Shown piece by piece: positions 26,030 to 34,051 of a stretch of 44,104 nt of DNA (position 1 is its first letter; every line of letters begins with the position of its first letter). The stretch comes from an uncultured Ignavibacteriales bacterium (GTDB lineage Bacteria > Zixibacteria > MSB-5A5 > GN15 > FEB-12). Below the pieces are notes generated by a model. That model had not been told where the DNA came from, searched no databases, and saw only the letters and a program-made list of their open reading frames with translations. The stretch is taken from positions 1-44,104 of the forward strand of contig CAZHDS010000002.1 in assembly GCA_964531495.1 (NCBI GenBank), written 5' to 3'. Position numbers and translations under genes: made by a program.

Positions 26030-26637
26030 GATTTCTCTCCTGATTCGTCATTCGTGGGCGGAGGAGACACCGTCTCTGTCTTGACGTCGTCTGCCTTAGC
26101 TTCAACGGCCGGATTCACCGGCGCGGCCTCTTTCTTCTCTACCACAGTAGCCTTGTCCGCATCGGTAGAGGCAGGCTTAGCCTGCTTCTTTTTGCGGGTG
26201 TCCTCGTAAGGAACATCGCGCCCCTCCTCCTGCAGCTTCTTGGCATCCCAGATGATATCGTCCTTGTCGCAGGTCGAATACTCATACTTGTTCGCCATCT
26301 TGATGGCACAGAAGTTACAGGACTCTTCGCACAATCCGCAGAAGCAGCACAGACCAAAATCTATCACAAAACCGTCGAGGTGTTTCTTCTTGTTCTCATC
26401 CTTGTGCCACTCGACCGTGATCGCCCGACTGGGACAGGCCTTCTCACACAACGCGCAGGCGGTGCAATTGAGTTCGCCGGTCTCTTTGTCCGATAGCAGG
26501 ATGACGACGCCCCGGGAGCGCTCGAACATCTCCATCTTCTCTTCGGGATACTGGATCGTGATCGCATGCCGGGCCAAGTGCTTACTGGTAATCCCCATGC
26601 CCTTGATGAGGTTCTTGATGTGTTTAATGATACCCAT
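26026..26637 (-). CDS. nuoI: NADH-quinone oxidoreductase subunit I (2x[4Fe-4S]) with a charged C-terminal tail
   Basis: Two ferredoxin-type motifs are present: 'CTACALCEKACP' and 'CCFCGLCEESCN'. The last 55 aa or so are low-complexity (KKKQAKPASTDADKATVVEKKEAAPVNPAVEAKADDVKTETVSPPPTNDESGEKS). Confidence 0.9.
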   Translation of the reverse strand: MGIIKHIKNLIKGMGITSKHLARHAITIQYPEEKMEMFERSRGVVILLSDKETGELNCTACALCEKACPSRAITVEWHKDENKKKHLDGFVIDFGLCCFCGLCEESCNFCAIKMANKYEYSTCDKDDIIWDAKKLQEEGRDVPYEDTRKKKQAKPASTDADKATVVEKKEAAPVNPAVEAKADDVKTETVSPPPTNDESGEKS

Positions 26638-26653
26638 CTTCAGTCGCGCTGCC

Positions 26654-27721
26654 TTACCAGTACCACCCGAGGTGGTAAATCACCCCGGCCAGAATGAGAT
26701 TAGCAAAAGTTACCGGCACCAGGAATTTCCAGGCGAATTCCATCAGCTGATCAACGCGCACCCGGGGATGAGTCCAGCGGATGAGCATCAATAAGAGCAC
26801 AATCATGAGCGTCTTGCCCAGGAACCACATCCAGGAGGGTAGGAACGGACCATTCCAGCCACCCAGGAAGACCGTCGTCGCGATCGCCGAGACAGTAAAC
26901 ATATTGACAAATTCCGCCAGGAAGAACATGGCGAACTTCATCCCAGAGTATTCGATATTGTAGCCGCAGACCAGTTCCTGCTCCGCTTCCGGAATGTCAA
27001 ACGGTGTGCGGTTGGCCTCGGCGGTCGCTGCAATGATATACGTCACAAAGGCGATCGGACCAAACGGCACGCGGAAAATGAACCAGTTCGTAATCCAGCC
27101 CGCCTGAGCCTCAACAATATCAACCATCGAGAGCGAACCAACATAGATTATCACGGCCAGAAGCGAAATCGCCATCGGGACTTCGTAGCTGACCACCTGA
27201 GCTGCTGATCGCATGCCGCCCATCAGCGCATATTTGTTGTGAGAACTCCATCCCGCCATCAGAAGCGAGATCACCGTGAACGTGGTCACGGCCATTATGT
27301 AAAGGATACCAATATTGAGGTCGGCGACGATCAAACCATCACCGAACGGCATTACAACGTAGGCAAGGAAAGCCGCCACGAAGCACAGCACTGGCGCCCA
27401 GAAAAAGACAGCCTTGTCACGGATTGCTACCCGTATATCCTCTTTTTGTAGTAGCTTGACCGCATCCATGATCGTCTGGTACCAACCGTGCCACCCAACT
27501 CGCATGGGCCCGAAGCGCTGCTGAATATGGGCCGCAATCTTGCGCTCCCACCAGACCAGGAACAAGGCGCAAAGCGACAACAGGCCAAACATCATCGCCC
27601 CGAGGGCGGTGTAAACTACAACATCAAGCCACGGTTGCGGCAGACCAGTCGATTCTAACTTCTCGAAAAGCCAGGTGAATATGCCGTGCAGTTCACCGAA
27701 AGCCAGAATTGGTCCGCTCAT
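26654..27721 (-). CDS. nuoH: NADH-quinone oxidoreductase subunit H
   Basis: The protein is 355 aa and contains 'WWERKIAAHIQQRFGPMRVG' and 'EAEQELVCGYNIEYSGMKFAMFFLAEF'. Confidence 0.92.
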   Translation of the reverse strand: MSGPILAFGELHGIFTWLFEKLESTGLPQPWLDVVVYTALGAMMFGLLSLCALFLVWWERKIAAHIQQRFGPMRVGWHGWYQTIMDAVKLLQKEDIRVAIRDKAVFFWAPVLCFVAAFLAYVVMPFGDGLIVADLNIGILYIMAVTTFTVISLLMAGWSSHNKYALMGGMRSAAQVVSYEVPMAISLLAVIIYVGSLSMVDIVEAQAGWITNWFIFRVPFGPIAFVTYIIAATAEANRTPFDIPEAEQELVCGYNIEYSGMKFAMFFLAEFVNMFTVSAIATTVFLGGWNGPFLPSWMWFLGKTLMIVLLLMLIRWTHPRVRVDQLMEFAWKFLVPVTFANLILAGVIYHLGWYW

Positions 27722-28827
27722 CGGTCCACCTCCGGCAGAATAACATCAAGGGTGGCAAAAATCGCGACCAAATCAGCGATCAGACAGTCGGTGCCGATCT
27801 CCGGTAGTACTTGGAGATGGTTATACGATGAACCCCGGAACTTCACTCGGACCGGCTTGACCGTTCCGTCGGAGATTATGTGGCATCCCATCTCACCCCG
27901 GGCACTTTCGATGCGGCTATACACCTCACCGGCCGGTGGTTTGAATTTCGGTGATACCTTGGCTTTGATGGGTCCTTCCGGAAGACCATCAAGGGCCTGC
28001 CGGATTATCTTGATGGACTGGCGTATCTCCAGCAACCTCATTATGAAACGATCGTAACAATCGCCGGCAGGCAGGCAAGGAACTTCCCAATCGAACTTGT
28101 CATATACCGAATAAGGATCGTTGCGACGAACATCATACTTGACGCCTGAGGCTCTCAGTACCGGACCGGAGCAACCGTAAGCGATAGCCATCTCTGGCGA
28201 CAGAACACCGATGCCTTTGGTGCGAACCAACCAGATCGGATTTTCGTTAAGCAGTCCCTCGTAGTCGTCGAACTTGCCCTCGATCGTATCAAGCACCGTG
28301 CGGCACTTCGGCACAAAGTCGGCCGGAATGTCACGCGAGACACCGCCAATGCGGATATAATTGTAGGTCAGGCGCTGGCCACAGGTCATTTCGAACAAAT
28401 CAAGAATCAACTCCCGCTCGCGCAGACCATACAGGAACGGCGTGTACGCGCCGATGTCCATAGCCGTCACACCCCAGAAAATCAGGTGCGAGGTGATCCG
28501 ATTGAGCTCCACCATGATAACGCGCAGAAATTCGGCCCGCTCCGGCACCTCAATCTCGGCCAGCTTTTCGGCCGCCAGGGCATAAACCTGGTTGGAGGCC
28601 ATCGACGTGACATATTCAAAACGATCGCTGAGCGGCGTGATCATCGGATAGGTGCGATTTTCACATATCTTTTCGATAGCCCGATGGAGATAACCGACCA
28701 CCGGCTCGATAGCCGTGACTTTCTCACCATCCATCGTCAGAACCAGACGGCACACCCCGTGGGTCGAGGGATGGTGCGGGCCCATATTGACTTGGAATTC
28801 TTCTGTCCTAAGCTCAGCCACGCTCAA
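27718..28827 (-). CDS. nuoD: NADH-quinone oxidoreductase subunit D
   Basis: The protein is 369 aa and contains 'NMGPHHPSTHGVCRLVLTMDGEKV'. It ends with the NuoD-like tail '...ATLDVILPEVDR'. Confidence 0.92.
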   Translation of the reverse strand: MSVAELRTEEFQVNMGPHHPSTHGVCRLVLTMDGEKVTAIEPVVGYLHRAIEKICENRTYPMITPLSDRFEYVTSMASNQVYALAAEKLAEIEVPERAEFLRVIMVELNRITSHLIFWGVTAMDIGAYTPFLYGLRERELILDLFEMTCGQRLTYNYIRIGGVSRDIPADFVPKCRTVLDTIEGKFDDYEGLLNENPIWLVRTKGIGVLSPEMAIAYGCSGPVLRASGVKYDVRRNDPYSVYDKFDWEVPCLPAGDCYDRFIMRLLEIRQSIKIIRQALDGLPEGPIKAKVSPKFKPPAGEVYSRIESARGEMGCHIISDGTVKPVRVKFRGSSYNHLQVLPEIGTDCLIADLVAIFATLDVILPEVDR

Positions 28828-29294
28828 CCCTCCGGAATCCGCTCAAAATCAGGTGCATCCCAGTCCTTGCGCATCGGGTGGCCCTGATCCCATTCGTCCG
28901 GCAACAGGAATCTCTTCAGATTTCCATGGTTCTTGATGTTGATGCCGTACAGTTCCCATATCTCGCGCTCGTGCCAATTGGCACCTGCCCAGATCTCCTT
29001 AACCGACTCAACCTCGGCCTTGTCATAGGGAAGAACGACCTTGATATCAACTCGATGACTGAGGCTGATAGAAGCCAACGAATACGCGGCCTCAAACTGC
29101 TCTTTAGTGTCGACACCGGAGATATTGCACAGGAAATCGAATCTCAACTGCTCGTCTTCCTTAAGCTTGCGACACACTTCGACCAGATCCTCAGCGTTGA
29201 CTTCAAACCAAGGGTCAAACCGCCCTGTCTCGACCGGGGTCAGCTTGCCTTCGAAGTTGGATCCGATATACTGGCGGAGTTCTTCCTTGGTCAT
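28824..29294 (-). CDS. nuoC: NADH-quinone oxidoreductase subunit C
   Basis: The protein is 156 aa and contains 'GANWHEREIWELYGINIKNHGNLKRFLLPDEW'. Confidence 0.88.
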   Translation of the reverse strand: MTKEELRQYIGSNFEGKLTPVETGRFDPWFEVNAEDLVEVCRKLKEDEQLRFDFLCNISGVDTKEQFEAAYSLASISLSHRVDIKVVLPYDKAEVESVKEIWAGANWHEREIWELYGINIKNHGNLKRFLLPDEWDQGHPMRKDWDAPDFERIPEG

Positions 29295-29295
29295 A

Positions 29296-29808
29296 CTACT
29301 TCTCGTGCCAATCCGGCAGCTTCTGGGCTTTGATCTTCTTCTGCAGGGTCAAACAGCCCTCCAGAAGTGACTCGGGACGCGGCGGACAGCCCGGAATATA
29401 GACATCGACCGGGACAATGTGCCCGATTCCCTTTTCCACGGCGTAACTGTCGTACTTGAATGGGCCACCGCTGATGGTGCAACCACCCATCGCAATAACA
29501 TATCGTGGCTCAGCCATCTGGTCGTATAGGCGGCGTAGACGGGGAGACATTTTCTTCGTAATAGTGCCGGCGGCGATAATCAGGTCCGCCTGGCGCGGAG
29601 TGGGTCGAAAGATCATTCCGAGGCGGTCAAAATCGTATCGCGAAGCGCCCGTAGCCATTAGCTCGATCGCACAGCAGGCCGTCCCGAACAGCAGATACCA
29701 CATCGAACAGGCCTGAGCGTGGCTCAGAACTGATTCGACACTGGTGGCGATTATGCCGCCGCCAGGAAATTTCTCAGCGTAGATGGGAAGTTTCTTGATT
29801 ATGCCCAT
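29296..29808 (-). CDS. nuoB: NADH-quinone oxidoreductase subunit B
   Basis: The track ORF extends to 29919, but that part overlaps nuoA. The in-frame ATG at 29808 gives [10 protein letters not shown]... (170 aa). The N2-cluster cysteines are present in 'FGTACCAIE', '[12 protein letters not shown]' and '[10 protein letters not shown]'. Confidence 0.9.
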   Translation of the reverse strand: MGIIKKLPIYAEKFPGGGIIATSVESVLSHAQACSMWYLLFGTACCAIELMATGASRYDFDRLGMIFRPTPRQADLIIAAGTITKKMSPRLRRLYDQMAEPRYVIAMGGCTISGGPFKYDSYAVEKGIGHIVPVDVYIPGCPPRPESLLEGCLTLQKKIKAQKLPDWHEK

Positions 29809-30152
29809 TTCAAGACCCCCTTCTTCCAGGCGTAGAAAAGCCCGAAGAACAGGATCAGGATAAATAGCACCATCTCCACCAGAGCATACAGCCCCAGCTG
29901 TCCATAAGCCACCGCCCACGGAAACATGAAGACTGCCTCAACATCGAAGATCACGAAGATCAACCCGAAGATATAGAAGCGGTTATGGAACTTGAACCAG
30001 GACGATCCGATTTGGAGCTCGCCACATTCGTAGTTCAGATTCTTCTTGGGGTAGGGGTTGTGGGGCCTCAGGAGTTTAGAGAAGAAGAAGGTGAACAGGA
30101 CGATGCCGGCACCAACTATGATGAACATCAAAACGGCCAAGTACTCGGACAT
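29799..30152 (-). CDS. nuoA: NADH-quinone oxidoreductase subunit A
   Basis: The protein is 117 aa with 3 TM segments and contains 'YECGE' and '[16 protein letters not shown]'. Confidence 0.88.
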   Translation of the reverse strand: MSEYLAVLMFIIVGAGIVLFTFFFSKLLRPHNPYPKKNLNYECGELQIGSSWFKFHNRFYIFGLIFVIFDVEAVFMFPWAVAYGQLGLYALVEMVLFILILFFGLFYAWKKGVLKWA

Positions 30153-30166
30153 ACAAACTCGCCTTC

Positions 30167-30195
30167 GTCACACATACATGTGACTGATTTCACAA
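30167..30195. promoter_or_regulatory. TCACA-N6-TGTGA-N6-TCACA element in the nuoA leader. It contains a perfect CRP/FNR-type TGTGA-N6-TCACA palindrome at 30179-30194.
   Basis: The plus strand reads gTCACAcatacaTGTGActgattTCACAa. The element lies 15-43 nt upstream of the nuoA start codon (30152, minus strand). Confidence 0.4.
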
Positions 30196-30594
30196 GTCAT
30201 GATGCCGAGTAGGTAACCCGATTTCTGGTCCAAGTCAAGGCCTTTTTTCGGAGGCTGGACAGGTCGCTCAAACAGTGGTGAATTCACGACCGTCCCAATC
30301 TCGATCTTGTTTTTCCAGTTCACTTTAGACGCATCCGACGATCGAACCAAACCAGAAAACCGACGGATTATAAGATTAGGTCGAATATCCTGCAGATCAT
30401 ATCAGCAGCCTGAACCAGAAAGACCTGGAATATCGCCCCAAATGGCCCAAAGTGGACGGAGGACATGGTACTCCCCTATCCCCCACAAGTATGGGAGCTT
30501 CCCTCTCTATGGTGTCCGAAAAACACTCTCGCAATAGCTCTTGCGTCCCTCTATGATGGGTCTCCATTAGGAGATACGAGTTACAAAGCATTGC

Positions 30595-30610
30595 TGGCGA
30601 GCTTATTGCG
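30595..30610 (+). promoter_or_regulatory. Sigma54-type -24/-12 promoter (TGGCgagcttaTTGCg) upstream of the minor pilin operon
   Basis: TGGC is at 30595-30598 and TTGC at 30606-30609, which is exactly the TGGC-N7-TTGC spacing of the TGGCACG-N4-TTGC consensus. The element lies about 48 nt upstream of the ATG at 30658. Confidence 0.45.
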
Positions 30611-30657
30611 ACTCAACGTCTTGAGGCGGATAACGACAACAAGTTCGGAGACAACAA

Positions 30658-31041
30658 ATGTTCAATAATCGGGGGATGACGCTCTTGGAGGTGCTGATCG
30701 GGATGCTGGTCACTTCCATCGGGCTGATGGGGTTGGCACCACTTCTGGTCGTCTCAATGGACGCCAACAAGATATCTCAAGACGTCATGACAATCTGTGA
30801 TCTGGCGAAAGACAAGCTGGAACTCTACCAGGTGGGTGCGGATCTGCCAGACACTCTCCCCTACGAATCATTCGACGAAGCATTGGAATCGACATATGAT
30901 CGCACCACTGCGATCTGGGACAACAGTACCGATACCCTTGTACCTGCGGGGCTGGCCTACGTCGAGGTGACGATCGCCTGGACCGATCAGATGGGCGCCC
31001 CTCGCAGCAGCACCTTTTCAACTATGGTGCCAAAGGAGTGA
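30658..31041 (+). CDS. pilV: Type IV minor pilin, PilV-like (prepilin N-terminal cleavage/methylation motif)
   Basis: In 'NNRG|MTLLEVLIGMLVTSIGLMGLAPLL' there is a Gly at -1, a Glu at +5 and a hydrophobic helix. GGAGA lies 8 nt upstream of the ATG. Confidence 0.8.
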   Translation: MFNNRGMTLLEVLIGMLVTSIGLMGLAPLLVVSMDANKISQDVMTICDLAKDKLELYQVGADLPDTLPYESFDEALESTYDRTTAIWDNSTDTLVPAGLAYVEVTIAWTDQMGAPRSSTFSTMVPKE

Positions 31042-31046
31042 GGATC

Positions 31047-31631
31047 ATGATGTCTCGTACAATCGCCAAACTCACTTCCCGCAGCGGCTCTTCGTTGGTG
31101 GAAATGATGATTGCGCTGGCCATGACCGGCCTAATCTCCATGGCATCGTTTCAGTTCTACGCTCGGATGCACGGGCAATCAGAAGCGCAGGTCGACCTCT
31201 CGGAGGCGCAGCATCTTTGCCGCAATACGATTCAAGAAATTCGGAAGGCTACCCGCATGGCGGGCTTCAAGCTGAGCGGCCATGATGCTTACGCCTTTAA
31301 CGGCGATTCGTTCTTCGTCTTCGCTCAGTTGACCCAACCGGTCGACACAGTGATATACTATCTCGATCCCTTCACTGACGATGAAGTGGAAGCACTGTAC
31401 GAATTGCCCGAGGGACAGATGGTCTACAAGCTGATGAAGAAGGTCAACTCCGCCGACGCCGTTGAGTTTTCCGATCTTCTCAATGGAATTACGTATACGG
31501 TCGTCGATACCTCGACCTTGACCATTTCAGTAACGACTCAAACTCCCCGGCGCGACGAGAACTACGATCTCAATAACGGCTATCGTACGTTCACGCTCAC
31601 CGAACGGATTCACATGAGAAACGTCAACTAG
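31047..31631 (+). CDS. pilW: Type IV minor pilin, PilW-like
   Basis: 'SRSG|SSLVEMMIALAMTGLISMASFQF' is a prepilin motif with Glu at +5. I prefer ATG 31047 (AAGGAG 8 nt upstream) over the track's GTG 31038. Confidence 0.75.
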   Translation: MMSRTIAKLTSRSGSSLVEMMIALAMTGLISMASFQFYARMHGQSEAQVDLSEAQHLCRNTIQEIRKATRMAGFKLSGHDAYAFNGDSFFVFAQLTQPVDTVIYYLDPFTDDEVEALYELPEGQMVYKLMKKVNSADAVEFSDLLNGITYTVVDTSTLTISVTTQTPRRDENYDLNNGYRTFTLTERIHMRNVN

Positions 31632-31641
31632 GCATAACATC

Positions 31642-32808
31642 ATGAAGAATTTGACAGGCAACAACCGTGGCTCAGCCCTGCTGATATCACTCATACTCAT
31701 GCTAATGCTGGCTGGCTTAGGCATGATGACAATCGATCGCTCCAACGACGATCTCGATCTGTCGTACAACACCCTACACGATGAGCAGGCCTTTCATGTG
31801 GCCGAAGCAGGAGCCAAACGTGCTCTGGTCGAATTGGCCGCCAACGCGTCCTGGCGAACGGGATTCACCAACGAATCATTTTGCGGGGGAATGTTCACAG
31901 TAGTGGTTCGGGACTCCAGTACGGATTCGACCCTGCTTGACACGGTTGAAGTGATTTCGATTGGTGAGATCGCAGGCGGTCTCTCCCAAGTGGAACTGAC
32001 CCTCGTGCCGGATGAGTTCAGTCCCTTCAGCTACGCCTTGTTCGGCGACGACTGGGTGGAAATCAAGAACTCCGCCCTGACTGACTCGTACAATTCCGAT
32101 TCCGGCACCTACGCCGCCACTGCCATATTCGACGAAGGGGACGTTGGTTCCAACGGGGACATTGATGTCAAGAATAGCGCCGATATAGGCGGTGATCTCG
32201 CCACTTCGTTCGAGGGCGGTCTGGACATCAACCCTGGCGCCACCGTAGCCGGTGACACGACCTCGGCGGCCGACGAACAGACTATGCCACCAGTCTCGGC
32301 TGCTGAGTTCGCTGCCGCCCTGGCCAGCAATGACAACGCTACCGGATTGTCGGGTAGCTACAGCTATAACGCTGGCGCAAAAACGCTGTACATCACCAAT
32401 GATGTCACGCTTCAGAGCGGCACTTACTTCTTCACTGACATCACCTTCAAGAACGGCGCGACGATGGAGCTGGCCGCCGGAGCCGAGGTGGTGATCTACG
32501 TCGATGGCAACATAGAAGTGAAAAACTCAGCTACCATCAACGATGGCGGCAGTCCCAAGGATCTGCAGATCTATTCCAGCGGCGATTTCATTCTCAAGAA
32601 TTCTGGCGACTGTTATGCCACCTTCTACTCTCCCGAGGGGAACGCCGACCTTCGCAACTCAGGCGATTTCTACGGCTCAGTGATTGCCAATACCTTGGTT
32701 GTTCATAACAGTGCTGGTTTCCACTATGATCGCGGCCTCTCCGAAGTCAAACGAACCGGCGACGACGGCTTTGAGCGTGTCGCCTGGGGCGACGCTTACG
32801 CCTTCTGA
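31642..32808 (+). CDS. pilX: PilX-like minor pilin with a large repeat-containing C-terminal domain
   Basis: 'NNRGSALLISLILMLMLAGLGMMTIDRS' is a PilX_N-type hydrophobic N-terminus without Glu at +5. The gene follows pilV/pilW-like genes in the canonical order. The C-terminal roughly 260 aa carry 6-7 copies of a [KRH]-N-[SG]-[AG] motif. Confidence 0.7.
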   Translation: MKNLTGNNRGSALLISLILMLMLAGLGMMTIDRSNDDLDLSYNTLHDEQAFHVAEAGAKRALVELAANASWRTGFTNESFCGGMFTVVVRDSSTDSTLLDTVEVISIGEIAGGLSQVELTLVPDEFSPFSYALFGDDWVEIKNSALTDSYNSDSGTYAATAIFDEGDVGSNGDIDVKNSADIGGDLATSFEGGLDINPGATVAGDTTSAADEQTMPPVSAAEFAAALASNDNATGLSGSYSYNAGAKTLYITNDVTLQSGTYFFTDITFKNGATMELAAGAEVVIYVDGNIEVKNSATINDGGSPKDLQIYSSGDFILKNSGDCYATFYSPEGNADLRNSGDFYGSVIANTLVVHNSAGFHYDRGLSEVKRTGDDGFERVAWGDAYAF

Positions 32809-32830
32809 CGTACAGACCTATCATGATGGC

Positions 32831-32863
32831 GGCCGGGGCATCAGCGTCCCGGCCTTTCTTTTT
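32831..32863 (+). terminator. Intrinsic terminator after the pilX-like gene
   Basis: The sequence is GGCCGGG-gcatcagcgt-CCCGGCC followed by TTTCTTTTT. Confidence 0.7.
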
Positions 32864-32938
32864 GCCCCCCCAACCGGCTGATCTTATTGGCCTGAAAAAA
32901 CTAACGGTTGGGGTTTGCCATCAGTATAATGGCCACGT

Positions 32939-34051
32939 ATGAACAGTCATGAGCCCAGTAGTTTCGATGCCAATGCCCAGCGCATGACCCGTCTGGTCGG
33001 CGATTTGTTCGCGGTCGGTGCCGTTTACCGCCAGGGACAGGCCAGTCTGTCTTTTTCCCTCAGCTATCGTTTTGATCGGGAAAAGTCCCGGAAGCTTCTG
33101 CAAGACCGATTAGATACGGCCGGATACAAATTCAGCCTGGACGAAAACCCCGACGGTTTGGTCCTGGTGATCGATCCTCAACCACGACGTCATATTCCAG
33201 CCCTCAATATTATCCTATTCGTGGCGACGCTGCTCTCGGTCTATATCGTTTCGATTCTGAGCCGCTGGTTCTCCGTGACCGGCGACTTCGGCCTGAGCTG
33301 GGAAATGACCTGGGCAGCCCTGAGTCGCGGCGAGGGTCTGGTCTTCACGCTGGCCATGGTCTCCATTATATTCGTCCACGAGATGGGCCACTATGTCGTC
33401 AGTCGCCAACGGCACATTGTCACTTCCTGGCCCTATTTCATCCCGGCCCCGAACATAATCGGCACTTTCGGGGCTATCATCAAATCCAAGTCGCCTTTCT
33501 GGAATCGGCGCGACCTGATCGCCGTCGGTGCCGCCGGACCAATCGCCGGCTGGATCGTGGCCGTAGGCTGGCTGTGGTATGGCCTGTCGCAATCCACTTT
33601 TCTCCCCCAGGAAGCCTTCCCGCCTGCGGTTATGGGTCACCAGTTGTATGGCGAGTCTATCCTGATGCGTCTGTCAACCCTCTGGCTGGTCGGCGCGGCC
33701 CCCCCCGGGCAGTTCTATTATCTGACCGAAGCTGCCTTTGCGGGATGGGTGGGCATGCTCATTACCGCCATCAACATGTTACCGATTGGTCAACTTGACG
33801 GCGGTCATGTGGTCTACGGCCTGGTTCGCAAGCACCAACACCGCCTGGGCAAGATCGCCGTAGCGTTTCTGGTTATCCTGGGATTTCAGTCTTTCATGTG
33901 GTGGGTCTTCGCCACTTTTGGATTGCTCTTTGGCATGAGTCACCCGAGAACGCTCGACGACAGTCTGCCCCTCGATAGAACCTCGCGCTGGATGGGTTGG
34001 ATAGCGATAGGAATTCTGGTAGTATCGTTTACACCGATACCTTTTCAGTAG
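32939..34051 (+). CDS. Site-2 protease family (peptidase M50) membrane metalloprotease
   Basis: 'FVHEMGHYVVS' provides HExxH and 'AINMLPIGQLDGGHVVYG' provides the NxxPxxxLDG motif. The protein is polytopic. Confidence 0.88.
   Translation: MNSHEPSSFDANAQRMTRLVGDLFAVGAVYRQGQASLSFSLSYRFDREKSRKLLQDRLDTAGYKFSLDENPDGLVLVIDPQPRRHIPALNIILFVATLLSVYIVSILSRWFSVTGDFGLSWEMTWAALSRGEGLVFTLAMVSIIFVHEMGHYVVSRQRHIVTSWPYFIPAPNIIGTFGAIIKSKSPFWNRRDLIAVGAAGPIAGWIVAVGWLWYGLSQSTFLPQEAFPPAVMGHQLYGESILMRLSTLWLVGAAPPGQFYYLTEAAFAGWVGMLITAINMLPIGQLDGGHVVYGLVRKHQHRLGKIAVAFLVILGFQSFMWWVFATFGLLFGMSHPRTLDDSLPLDRTSRWMGWIAIGILVVSFTPIPFQ

Noticed and set aside
29809-29919. A 37-codon N-terminal extension of the nuoB ORF.
   Set aside because: It overlaps nuoA and has no NuoB counterpart. 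The ATG at 29808 gives the standard NuoB N-terminus.
30229-30254. A TTGACT-N17-TACCTA sequence (minus strand) as the nuo promoter, and a similar TTGACC-N17-TACCTT at about 11305-11333 upstream of the outer-membrane barrel gene.
   Set aside because: The -35 boxes are good, but the -10 hexamers match the consensus at only 2-3 of 6 positions. This is too weak to list as a feature, and I mention it only as context for the nuoA leader element.
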